DNA from: Lytechinus pictus
Lineage: Eukaryota
Direction: 5' to 3'
Assembly (NCBI RefSeq): GCF_037042905.1
Contig: NC_087250.1
Span: 4,404,001 to 4,468,000 of the forward strand
Length of the DNA stretch: 64,000 nt
Position 1 is the first letter of the stretch, and the number at the start of each line of letters is the position of its first letter. Made by a program: the position numbers and the translations under genes. Below the pieces are notes generated by a model. The model searched no databases, was not told the DNA's origin, and saw nothing but the letters and a program-made list of their open reading frames with translations. Below, in pieces: positions 37,871 through 50,236 of this stretch.

Positions 37871-40697
37871 AAATACAAAATATTTATATTTTTTCTCATT
37901 GTCCTTTGATTGAAGCTTTATCCCTCCCTGAACATGTCATACATTTTATGGTTCATTTAATTAAGTTGGTCCTTAAAGGGATCGTTTAACATTGTGAGAA
38001 GCTGATTTAAAAAATTCTCAAATTAAGATGAATTATGTTTATGAGTTTATGTACTTGTTCTAAGAAACCCTGGAAATCATCTTTATTTTGAATGAAAAGT
38101 TGTTAGTAGGTAGGAAAATGTGATCATATTAGAACTCGTCTACTAGACGATATCCAAATTACTGTGACATCCCGATTTGAAAATAAAATTGTATGCCTCC
38201 CTCTGCGTTGAGATCGTAACGGACACGCAAGCGAGAACTGTCAATCAACCAACAGGGAATGGGGGCAAGGCCGCTCCGGCCGGCATGCACTGAGAATTGT
38301 AAACATTATTACATGCAGCGCATGTTCTCTGCTGGCTCGTTTGACGGTTCTAGTCGAAGCAAAGAAAGTAGTATGAAAGAAGAAAAACAGATTCTGATAG
38401 CGCAACGAAAGATATGTACAGACCATCTAAGATAAGAAAAATGCAGACTTACTGACTCTTCGCCGGGATGGTAGTAACGTGGCAAATTTGGGGCGATGTA
38501 CTTTAATATAACATGAAGATAAAGCGAAAGTGTAGCACCAGAATAAAATATGTGCGATCGAGAACATCATACATTTACTTGAGAATAGAATAAGAACATG
38601 TGGTCTCTCGAGCTCTGCGTGTGTCGTGAGCTGAGGCATGGACCATGGCTAGCTGAGGGAAGGATGGCTTTATCCCATGCGTGAACGTTTCGTTGTTTAT
38701 GTGGGTATGCAAATTACTTGGTATTACGTAAGACTCTTCCCATATCGCTCGAAAAATGAACATAATACAGGACATTCATTTTTAATTGTACAGTCACATG
38801 ATTATAACATTTCATTTATTCAAGACTGTTTCTCTAATGGGCCGAGCACCTTTTTGAGAGCAGTAATCAAAATTTGTGTAGTAAATCTGCCATATTTTAC
38901 TCACGTATGCACTCCCTTCCTTTGAACGCGAGGTCCTTTCTTCTTCTTCTTTTGCTTGACAAATTTTTGGCGAAATACCTTTAGATTGTAAATTTTTAGA
39001 TGAAAACCTTTTTTTTTTTTCTTTTTTTTTTGCTTTTCAAAATTTTCTCATGAATTGTGCCTCCTCCCTTTAGAAAAACCTGGATCCACCCCTGCACAAC
39101 GTAAAGCTGCCCCCCCCCCCCCCTCCAACACATAACTGCACAGCCCAACAACCAATGTAACGAACATTTTTATAATAATTATATAAAAAGATTTGGTGCA
39201 GCATAAAATATATAAAATATAAAGGTATATGCTGGGGATAAAAAGGACATAAAAATAATTGCATTATTCTGTGGCCGGCGGCGAAAGCATAAAAATATTA
39301 GATTCTGGATTGGCGGTGTTCCGGCGGTGTTGAAGCATGATCTTCCGCCGCCAGTGCCAGAATGTATATTTTTACGTACTTCGGGGGGGGGGGGGGGGTA
39401 AGAAATATTTCCATCCACATTTCTTCCACATCGGCTGATAAATGCTTAATTATTATCATTTAGGGGGGGTGTCCCATGCAACTAAAGTCTGAATTTTTAA
39501 GTACATCGTAGCTTTATTCTTACAATCATGGACCTACTATGGCCTAAATTAATGATGCGAGCGCGAAGCGCGCAAGGTAATGTTTATTTTTATATTTCGC
39601 CTTGAAAAGAAATATAGGAGCGCGAACTTTTTTATGAACATGAACATCTTAAACGGGTCATTCTACTCACTTTTGGTAATCACGCAGGGTATGTTCATCT
39701 TAAACAATTCGATTTGATTTATTGTTCTCGTAAATGCGTATTAGCATTTTCATAACAAAAGAAACATAATATCGTTTAAAATTTTGGCATGAATAATAGA
39801 GTGTACTTATTAAAAATATGATTCAACCCACACACACCAAATGATCCACACCCAACATATTATGATATTAACAATTAGCAGGATCGAGGATTGTCATTAT
39901 AAGCACATTGCTTGGAAAAAAATAACTGAAAACCCGAGATTCAAACTTATTAAATTGCATTGATTATACAACAGAATGGTGCGAGCGCGGAGCACGAAGA
40001 ACGAGTTGAAAATTATTAATATTTTGACATGAAGAGCTGAATCGGGTCATTCTAATCAAATACGGTCATATGGTAAGTATAAAGTTTATACGCCAAGCGA
40101 GCTGATATTTGTTGAAATTAAGATCTTAATACGAAACATTGTATAAACTGTTTTGGAATATTGCTGCATATTTTCCTGAATAATGATAAGAGCGCATGTA
40201 AAACGCAAGCTGATTTTTTAAAAAGTATATTCGCGAATGATTTTTTTTGTATAATGATTTCTACTTTTTCTGTTTTCAAATCGTTCCTCTTTTCTTATTT
40301 CATTCACTATTCTTCTTCTTATATCCTTTCTTATCGTTCCTCTCTGTTTCCCCTTTCTCTAGGCATAGATAGCAAAGCCCCAAGAAACTCCAGAATCCTG
40401 AGACGTCCAGATGGTATTTTGTACAAAAAAATGAAGTCACCAATCTAAAAATGTCACTTTAATCCGATTTTAAAAAATGTGGAAAGACACAGGCAGGGTT
40501 CGGCGACAGGGCATATAAAGTTTAGGAATAAAATAGAGAAATGCGAGTAAACGCAAAGAGTTGAATTTGAAAAGTTTTTCGATTTTATATTAAAATCCTA
40601 CATTTTTATTTCAATAGCATGTTCGTGATATTACTTATAACCCCTTGATAACATTGCATTATGAAGGGTTATATAAAGATATTCCCGTGATGCACAT

Positions 40698-40985
40698 CAG
40701 TGTTTCCACTCCTCCCGAAATTCCGAAAATTTCGGGAAATTTTACCTTTTCCAGGAAAGGTTCCGAATGAAACAAATCTATGCAGGAAATTTCGGGAAAT
40801 CCAAAGATTACAAGTAAACAATAATTAAACATAGCAACTGTCAACATTCATGTTATATTTTTAAAATTGTTTGCTGAAAGTTTCGGCTGGCTACATTTTT
40901 GTACAATTTTTGTTAAAATCAAACTAAAAATTCTAGGAAATGTCTATAAATTCGAGAAGTTTGTTTTGGATCTGTGGAAACACCG
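40698..40985. mobile_element. hAT-like MITE
   Basis: Exact 8-bp TSD atgcacat. TIR cagtgtttccac / gtggaaacaccg. Confidence 0.85.
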
Positions 40986-43319
40986 ATGCACATGGCCTTT
41001 GTAAGCGGGGGTGCTAAATCACCTCCAAGATTTATATGGGGGTGATGTACAGGTTTGATCCAAACACCTTCATTTTGGTGCGGAAAACAAACTTTTTATT
41101 TTTGATTGTATGATTATTTTGCTTTAAATTTTAAGTATTTTCCTTTGTCAAAACTGCTATTTTGGTATTATTGGTTTTAGTAAACATGTGATATTCATCT
41201 TTTTCTTATTTTTATTTTCACATTTTTCCTTTCTTTTCTTTTTTCTTTCTTTCTTTCTTTCCCTCTTCCTTTTAAGGGGGTAACTACCCCACTTATCTAA
41301 AATTTAGGAGGGCGTGCCCCTTCCCCTCGCTTCCATTTATCGCTACCTTTCCCATTCCCTTCGTTAGTCTGGTAACCTTATTTCGACGTCAAAGAGTCCA
41401 CTCTATTGTTCTACAACACAACGAACATGACTAAAGAAAGAAAATTGGGAGAGAGAAGTAAAATGAAAGGATCTGAAAACGAAAATAAAACGACGTGTGA
41501 CCAGGTTGAATTCTCTTATTCACAAAGTGCAACCCTGGACATGGAGGAATGGGGGGTCTGAACATGTGATTTTTGAAATCTTGAAATGAAAATCATTACA
41601 TCATTATGGAATATAAACAGGGGAAAAGACAAACAAGAACATAGCAGACATTTTCGTTTCTAATATTAAAATGTCCTTTATTTTTTCTCCTATTTCTTGT
41701 CTTGTCCAAGGTTGGAGGTTGGTTGCTAGCGACCCCATCCCTTCACGCTAGCGCATTTACACACTGACGAGGCGGATCGGAGAGATGAAATCATATATCT
41801 CCAGAATGGACGATGAAAAAAATTTAAAATTATTGAAAGGGGGAGCGGGAACGCTATAGATTATGCCTATACCTGCGGCCCCCTAAAAAAAATGGAGACG
41901 AGGGAAGTGGAAGGGGCGAGTAGCGTATAAGTTCTAAGTAATGATAATAATAGTAATAAAATAATATAATATTTATATAGCACACGTGTCCATCTTGTTA
42001 GGTGCTCAAGGTGCCCATGTATTATTATCACTGCTTGATTCGTGTGATCAAAACGAACATTACTATAATCCTTTATTTGAGCCCCTCCCCCGCGCAAACG
42101 AAAAACACTACGAACTTCCACAACCATGCAAGGGAGAGGGGGGGGGGGAGAAGTGGTGTTCATTTTCAAAAGTGATTATATTATTTTATTTTTTGCTCAC
42201 GAGCTACACTCCATCGTAAATGTTCAAAATGTTTGTCGGTATAGCCCTTGATTCTACAAATGTATATCGGTAACGTGTACCGACGTCAGCTATATACGAC
42301 CATGAGTCTTGGAAGTGTTCAACACTCTCCTCAGTCACATTTTCTTCCACCATACCCAGGGCAGTACAGACTTTCATCAGATAAAGGTAGGGGTGGGAAT
42401 TATCATTCACACTTTCCCGATTGGGGGGGGGCCGGGGGGCATTATTCACGTTATTATTTATTTATTTATTCATTTATATATTAGAGGGCTTGACCTAACT
42501 AAAGATCGAAGTTGTAATACAGTCTTATCTTACCTTATCTCATGAGGTCTAAATATATCACAGGCAAGCTAAATTTATTGTATATTTTTATTTAGAACTG
42601 AGAATTGAATATTCTGGGCAGTTATTGTAATCATGAAGAAGATGCGTATCTAACGAAAAGATTCGTGCGAGCGCGAAACACAGAAGTAATTTTTAATATA
42701 CTCACCTACAAAAGTATTCGTTTTGCAGTGACTCATGAATGTACATGTAATACAAATGTCACCGATCAATAAAATGCGAGAGCGAGTTGTACATTTTCAA
42801 TATATGGGACTGAAAAATGTATATTCGAATCACATTTTCAACCATAAATTGGATGGATATATAAGCATAACTTTATGATGCGAGCGTGCATGAAGCGCGA
42901 ACAGAAATTCTAATTTTCCGCCCGAAACTCGGACAATCTAAGCACTTTTTCTGTCATGTACAATATGAATATTATTGAGAACTGAACATGTTAACCACGT
43001 TTTGAAATCATAACCAGGATGAGCATGTAATCAAACAATTAATGTGAGCGCGAAGCGCGAGCTGATTATTTTTTTTTTAATTCAGATCTAAAAACTGAAA
43101 AGTTCAAGTCCGTTTTTTATTTAAAGAAGAAACGTCATATTAGAGAATTAGACGCGAGGTGATTTTCCCCCTGGATTTAGACCTAAAACAAGACATAAAA
43201 AGCAATGGAACCATGAAAAGAATGGCTATATATATATATATATATATATATATAACTCAACAATCGATTAGAGCGCGGAGCGCAAGCTGATATTTCTTCC
43301 GACATGAAAAGTGGACTTT

Positions 43320-44982
43320 ATTACATGGCGTATCTAGCCGTGGCGGCAATGGAGGCACGTGCCCCGGGTGCTACTTTCAGTGGTGCAAAAACGGGAGATA
43401 GATGCAAAGAAAGAAAGGAAAAAAATGAATAGAAAAAGCAAAGGAATTAAGACGCTGAAAAAAGGAATACCGCTGACGGTAATACCCCCGTTCTCTGTAC
43501 CATTAATGCACTTTTCAACATAAAAAAATAATCTTGCATGTCTTTACCCAGGGATGAATATTCGTGCAACTTTTAATTAGTGATATACTTATATTCTCTC
43601 CATGAATTCCAACAAACACTCCTTATAAAAAAAAATAGTTTTTCAAACTCAAATGTCATAACTTTTCATCTATAGCTACGAGTTTGCATTATTTTTATAC
43701 CTTTTTTTTCATTAATTCTTGCAAACAGTTCGGAAATATAATTTTCTGGTTTGTCAAAGCTTCTCACCACGCTCTGATTTTGATGAGGGAGATAAAAACT
43801 CTCCATTAGACATTTTTAGGTGAGGATATACAAAATATCATCTCGCGCTTCGCGCTCACATTAGGGCCTACCCCGATGAGATACGTATCCTTTTCATGAA
43901 TTCCTACAAAAAGCCACTAAAATTATCCATGCTTTGATTTCCTCCCGTTTAGATTTTTCAAACTCATTGTTCTTTAACCTCCCACAAAAAGATTGGACAA
44001 AACTTCAACGTCTACAAAACTCTGCTGCCCGTCTCCTAACATACACTAAAAAGTATGACTCCATCTCGCCAATCCTCCAGTCCTTACATTGGCTGCCTGT
44101 TGATAAAAGAATCTCCTTCAAAATTATTTTACTATTATTCAATTTATTCTCTCTTCCCCCACATATCTCCGCAGCTCTATCTCAAAATATCAGCCTTCAC
44201 GCAGTCTCCGCTCATCATTCTGATGCTCTATTGCTCCAGACACCCAGAACCAAACACAAATGGGGGGATGCATTCTCTGTTATAGGACCAAAGCTATGGA
44301 ATCGATTGCCTATCCAATTACGCCAAATTTTCATCAACAGAAACATTCAAGTCCCAGTGAAAACTAAATTTTGATCTCCCATTAACATTCAGGAGAATTC
44401 AAATTCTATTCTTTTTCGTTTTCTATTGTTGTTGGGTGTTGTGTTTATTTTTCTACAAGCGCCATGAGCACCGAAAGGTGGACGCGTGCGCTGTACTAAG
44501 AAGCCACCAATATTATTATTATTATTGTTATTATTATTATTATAATTATCATCATTATCATCATTATTATTAAGATTTCCCCTCAATATTAATTTTTCAG
44601 CTCGCCCCTCGTGCTTGCATGAAATGCTTAATTAGACAAGCATCGATATGTCCCGATTGTAGGTCTCAATATCAATAATTTTCGGCTCGCGCTTCGCGAA
44701 TGCGTTCATTGTCTGGATATGCATCATGTTAATTATTACAAAAAGTGCTTAGAATATTCCTTTTTAAGATCTTAATACTGAAAATAATAGGCACGTGCTT
44801 AGCGCTCGCATACGTTGTTTTCGTTAGATACGCATCATTTTCATGATTAAAAACCCCGGACTAGAATATTATGTTTTATTTTGACTGGTCGAGTGCAGAG
44901 TATATACACAATAGACCTATATTTTGAAAGGGGTGCGATTTTAGCACTTGCCCGGGCCTCGTTTGTTCTAGATACGCCACTG
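43320..44982. mobile_element. hAT-like element containing an L2 fragment
   Basis: tggcgtatctag ... ctagatacgccactg. Internal cgcgcttcgcg motifs are inverted relative to the flanks. Confidence 0.65.
43930..44570 (+). pseudogene. L2-clade LINE ORF2 3' fragment
   Basis: ISSRLDFSNSL...KLQRLQNSAARL...ISPILQSLHWLPV...GPKLWNRLP and an (ATT)n tail. Confidence 0.88.
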
Positions 44983-47364
44983 TGGACATGGTGGACATCA
45001 AATTAAACAATGCGAGCGAATAGCGCGAGCTGAATATTATTATGGCCCGACAACTGGACATTCTAAGCAGGTTTTTTTAATGTAAATATCAAATTATATG
45101 TACCTCAGTAAACAATAATTGCAAGCGCGAAGCACAATAAGCTATTTTTTACATGTAGACATAAAAACTAGACATTCCTTTTGCACTTCTTGTAATAATG
45201 AATACGAAGGGTATATCATGCTCAACAATATATATTTTTTATATATAATTGATCATGACTGGACGTTGTAAAACAATAAAAAACAAGCTGTTTGTAGCGC
45301 GAACTAAATTTACTGACATAAAAGTGAATATTTTAAAAGCGCTGCCCAACACGTAAGAAACTTGTGAAGATGATAATGGAACAGTCTGAATGATGCGAGC
45401 GCGAAGCGCGAGCTAACAATTTTGGCGACTGGGACATATGGCCGGGCAATTTTAATCACTGTACGTAAAAAAGAATGGGCTTGATTGTAAGGCGATTTAG
45501 ACCTAAAACCTATATACATTCAAATCTCTCTCGGAACATGAAGCAATTAATTAGAACCGTCCTGTGTGACAGTATATTCTAATCACTGTCGGTATAGCAT
45601 ATATATACACGGAGTAATGGAACATTCCTTCGTGACCCAACAGTTATATCATTTTTCCGGTAGGCGTCAGTCCGACAGCCTCTTTTCTTTTCATTTTTTT
45701 TTCTTTCCTTCTTCCACTTTTCTTCTTTCTCTTCTTCCCCATCCTCACTTCTATTTTCCCCCTCTCCCCCTTACCCCGACATGGGAAGGGGGGGGGGTCA
45801 TACCCTGTTAGAGACGGCCTTTCAATATCGACGGAAATACAATTATGCTCATTCACAAGAATTTGTTTTAAAATGTATTGTTATGTGATAGTTGTGGTGA
45901 TGATGTATGACTAATTGTTCCATGGAATTTGAATGTTTCAGTGATTGGATCGAGCAGAAAAGGGAACTTTCGTGATTGATAACGTGTGACTAATTACACT
46001 ATTTCATTTTTCATTATTTTCCCCAAATGAATGATATCATGAGGATATATTATTTTACATTTGTTTTATATTGATTTGTTATACTCGTATTTATTAGAAA
46101 TTTTCATATTGTAATGCTAATTTAATTTATTTATTTTTAGGGACCCCGGGGAAGAACAGTTTGGCTATTAATAGCCAATCTGAAACGGGTCTATCCCTAC
46201 GATTCTGTATTACATGCATTGTAAGCTTCATTACTGTTATATTGTTAATTTGTTAATATTGGTTTTTTTTAATTATTTGATTATGTAATGTTATTTTGTT
46301 TATATTTATGCATTTTTTTAATCGTGAATAAAACCAACCAACCAATATAAACAATACCAGATCGAAGGTAAAGGATGCTTCATATACGCTGAGGTTTCAT
46401 ATAAATTGTATGAAGAAAATCAATAACCAATTTACAGGTTTTCAGGTAAACGAGCTAGAAAAGAACACAAAACACTATTTTCACGTAAGGTTCATATAGT
46501 AATCAGGGATGTGTAAAAAAAAAATCAGACTTCTTTTTTACTGTAAAGAATTTACGGAAGGAGGATCGAGAGAGGGGAAGCAGAAGAAAAGAAAAGAGCG
46601 GCCGAAAGAAATGGAAAATGTAAAAGAAAAGTGATATAATTTGAAAGATGTCATGAGCGGATTATATGGCGGAGAAACTGAAAGAAATTATTGACCCCAA
46701 TCATGGATAAAATTAAATACGATTCCTACCCCTTACAAAAAAAACATTAAAAAAAAAAACAAAAAAAAAAACAAAGTTTATGGATAATAATTTGTAGGTC
46801 TAATAGTCATTATAGTCCGGGGTCTAGGAGTTGAGATGTTTTGGGTTTGCAACTATACCCTATCTACCACGTTCCAAAATAAAGTCCAAAACGGATAGGC
46901 CCCGATCGATCGGAGGGGGGGGGGGGCAATACGTTGATCATGTTGATCATATAGTTTCTCCCCGGGAGTTTCTCATAAGCATCTTACGTGAAGATAGGCC
47001 TACCGAAGATTTTGATGGGATGGGAAATCCGGGATGGGAATATCTTTGTTGGGGGAGCTCGTGGAGAACGTAAAAACACACACACACACACAAAAAAAAC
47101 CACGATGGTGGATATTTCCATGCCAGGGGGGGGGGGGGGGGGGGAGAAGGAGAGGTCACTGCCTTTATTCCGAGTTCCTACCCAGCTATGCCCCGTGCAT
47201 GTAAACATGCACATGACACACGAAGGCCTGTGACTACGTGGACGTAACATGACCAGAGTGGAGTTCGGATACATATTACAGCTCCATGATATTGCATTAC
47301 ATGGAGCTATATTGCATTCTCTTCTCGAACCAGTCGACGGACGTTTGCTATATCGTGACCAGGT

Positions 47365-47915
47365 CCCGGGGGGGCCACTTCCATTCACGAGTGGATACCA
47401 TGCGCGACCATGGGGTCTCGAAAAGCACCCTAAACACGTAATATCCATATTCTGAAAATGCGCCCCTTAACAAGTATTGGCGTGTGAAACCCTACCCTTA
47501 ACAAGTATTGGTAACAAAACGATACTCTCGGCAAATGTTCCCTGAAATGAACCCCTAAACAAGTACAGGAATGTTTTATTGTTACGGGTCCTTCGGTCGT
47601 CGGCTTTACCTTATTTGGTTTAGTACGACCCCACCTTCTACACCTCGCGCAAATCGGACTCTAAACACGAAGTGTTGGGGCAAAAAGGACATCCTTTATA
47701 AAACATTTTAATTTTGTTTTATCATCCCCGCGAATTCGACCCTAAACACGTAATTTTCCTAGCGAAATAGATACCCTTTTTTTATTATTTTTGTGTTTTT
47801 GACACCCTTATCACGTTACGTACGTAACGTGCCCTATCGTGAAAAAGACATCCTTTTTACGTGTTTTTTTGGTCGCGCATGGTATCCACTCGTCAATGTA
47901 AGTGGCCCCCCCGGG
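47365..47915. mobile_element. MITE with CCCGGGGGG termini and 8-bp TSD (superfamily not assigned)
   Basis: Exact TSD gaccaggt at 47357-64 and 47916-23. ~46-bp TIR cccgggggggccactt.catt.acgagtggataccatgcgcgacca. Confidence 0.9.
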
Positions 47916-49059
47916 GACCAGGTAAAAGAGAATTATCAACAACCACAAGGATATCTTGTAGTGCATGTAAAGGTAAACTAAAGAAAAGAACAGAAGGGAT
48001 TTTTTTTTTTTTTTTTGGGGGGGCACAATATAGCTTCTGGAAAATAAAAACTACTACTACTCTACACTGTAGATCCGTGATTGTATTTGTAGCCCCGGTT
48101 TGTCGCGTTCTTTTCTGTTGTTGTCGTTTTATTTGCTACTAATTTACGTCGCCAAAATATAAATTCATCAAAATCCCATGGTCTGTAAGTCTACAAAGTT
48201 CATTATGAGGCATACATGTAGCATATTCAAATGTACAGACCACAGACGGAATGGACATTCACGAGTTCGACACAGTTTGACAGTATGATCATGGACCTAT
48301 GATATTCCCCCAATGTTATGCACAAGCGACACACACAGCTAGCTACACCCTTTCACATGCACACAGGCAATAAGCAACGCACATGCATCGATCGCTTATC
48401 GCACACACCGAGCGGAGACACATAAAAAACCCAAAACAAGCTAACTTCGCCCACAGATCACGCAAGAAGCGAAATTCCCCGTGGTAAGCTCCGCCTACTT
48501 TCTTGCATACATCACAAGGTGGCGCTATATAATATCGATTTAAATTGGAAACAGAATCATGAATCAACCGTCGAGAAGTGCATTTTTCTCTTCAAACATT
48601 GCCTCAGATTTTCAGTTTTTAAAAACACTTCCCGAACATGTTATGATCCCAAACTTTCACATGGGTATTTTTGAGCTGTTAGTCAAATGTTCATACCATT
48701 TTCAAAAAGCAATATGATAATTTTTTAAATTGCTCACAAAGTGAAACAATCCCTTTAATGTCAATGGTAGAAATTGAAATATTGTATAATTCAAACAATA
48801 AAAAACGATAGAAATAGTGAGTGATGGACATCATCGACTCTCATTGGCATATCACTGATTTGTGCATATAACTGTTTCGTGAAAAATAAGCGAAACTTTA
48901 AAATGTCATAATTTTCTTATTTTACATCCGATTTTGCTGAAATTTTCAGCGTTTTGCTTCTTTGATCTTGCTCCATTGATTCAAATCAACAATTTTCTAA
49001 GGTGGACTTGACCTTAACATTAATATTCATGATGACACAGAAATATGCCTATACTTTAC

Positions 49060-49255
49060 CTGGTAAATATGCAAATACATTGAAGAGGATTGTCGCAAGT
49101 TGCAAATCATTTGAAGAAACCGCCGTTTGTCCATTAATTCCTTGGAAATAAATCAGAAGGGCTTTCCGGCTACCAATCCCAACGAAGGTGGTTAAAAAAA
49201 TTAGAAGCGCCACTGAGAAATTCGCAGACCCCAGCACGGCACAGCAACCCGCCAT
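49060..49255 (-). CDS. SLC16/monocarboxylate-transporter-like MFS gene, coding exon 1 (TM1-2)
   Basis: ATG in gagATGG context. Encodes MAGCCAVLG...FVGIGSRKALLIYFQGI...LFNVFAYLP, which aligns by eye with MCT TM1-2 (AFPKSITVFFKEI). Phase-1 donor CAG|GTAAAGT at 49059. Confidence 0.8.
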
Positions 49256-49813
49256 CTCACAAAATAAGAAATAGCTTGCAATGTATCTATAGCTCTATGG
49301 AAATAACTGATCTAGCTTGTATTTCACATACCGGCGAAGCCTATAGACACGCCCGTATTGTTGAGATAAAACCGGATAATACGGTATGCTGCACATCAAA
49401 ATGTTGTAGAAAATCTTCAGTACACAAGGCCGGTTGCTTCAGTCATACATGGATGAAAGGGTTATCACCCCCATTCAAGCCACTGAAGTCCCACGCTGCG
49501 ATTTTAAAGTGACCTCTATTGAATGTCCCAGCAACTCATCCGAAAAAAGAATTAGGGTCGCTTTTTTCACCTTCAGGGAGCATATAGCTGGGCTTTATTT
49601 GCTTTGTGTTTGAAAGAGAAAACGACCTTTTGCGTGTTATAACCTTGCTCACTAAAATATAGCGGTTTAAGGAACGCTTTAGGCTATAAAGGGTTTGGTA
49701 TATGAAGGAGTAGTCATAATGCTTTTAATATGGATGTGCTTACGCGCAACCATTAGGCCTATACTCTAGTTTAGTTTGCTACATGCATGCATGGATATAC
49801 TTATCACAAACCA

Positions 49814-50236
49814 GGGCCCGTATTCCATAAACGAGATGAGCTTTTTGCTTCAGTTTGAGCAGTTTGTCTTAGCATTTTGCTTGTCTAAGAAATCGTCCCT
49901 AACGATATTCTATAAAGACATTTGTCTCAAGTCAGACGATATGGCTGAGCCAAAGTCTCAAATTCTATGACGTCATGAGAAAATTGCAACGTCACGCAAC
50001 TTTTGTCGCGAACGTAAAAAGTCTGCGCGTTTTATGTGTAATTAAAGCAATTATCAATCAAAATTTATCAAGATGGAGGCTGAGAAAAAGTAAGGCCAAT
50101 TTCACTGAAGGAGAGAAATTTACGCTAATAGCAGAAATAAGAGAAAAGGAAGACATTTGGAGACCCACGCTAAAATAAGACAAAATGCTTAGATGTTTTC
50201 TTAAGCATGCTTATCTCATTTATGGAATACGGGCCC
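49814..50236. mobile_element. Harbinger-like MITE upstream of the SLC16-like ATG
   Basis: gggcccgtattccataaa.gagat.agc ... gcttatctcatttatggaatacgggccc. Confidence 0.8.

Larger units (their letters stand above)
37977..48754. mobile_element. 10.8 kb TTAA-flanked Kolobok-type composite element without an intact ORF
   Basis: TTAA|agggatcgtttaacattgtgag ... ctcacaaagtgaaacaatccct|TTAA. Removing it restores ggtccttaatgtcaa of the host MITE. Confidence 0.85.
37369..49014. mobile_element. Kolobok-type MITE (family of 22670-23242) split by a SINE and a 10.8 kb insertion
   Basis: aggacaagtccacccc at 37369 and ggtggacttgacc|ttaa at ~49001-49017. Segments 37369-37976 and 48755-49014 are colinear with the intact copy. 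Confidence 0.85.

Noticed and set aside
42204..42400. Protein-like minus-strand ORF (LMKVCTALGMVEENVTEES...)
   Set aside because: No recognisable family or convincing splice sites. Kept only as unexplained interior of the 10.8 kb element.
47425..47750. Telomere-like ccctaaa motifs
   Set aside because: They are isolated, non-tandem internal motifs of a MITE.
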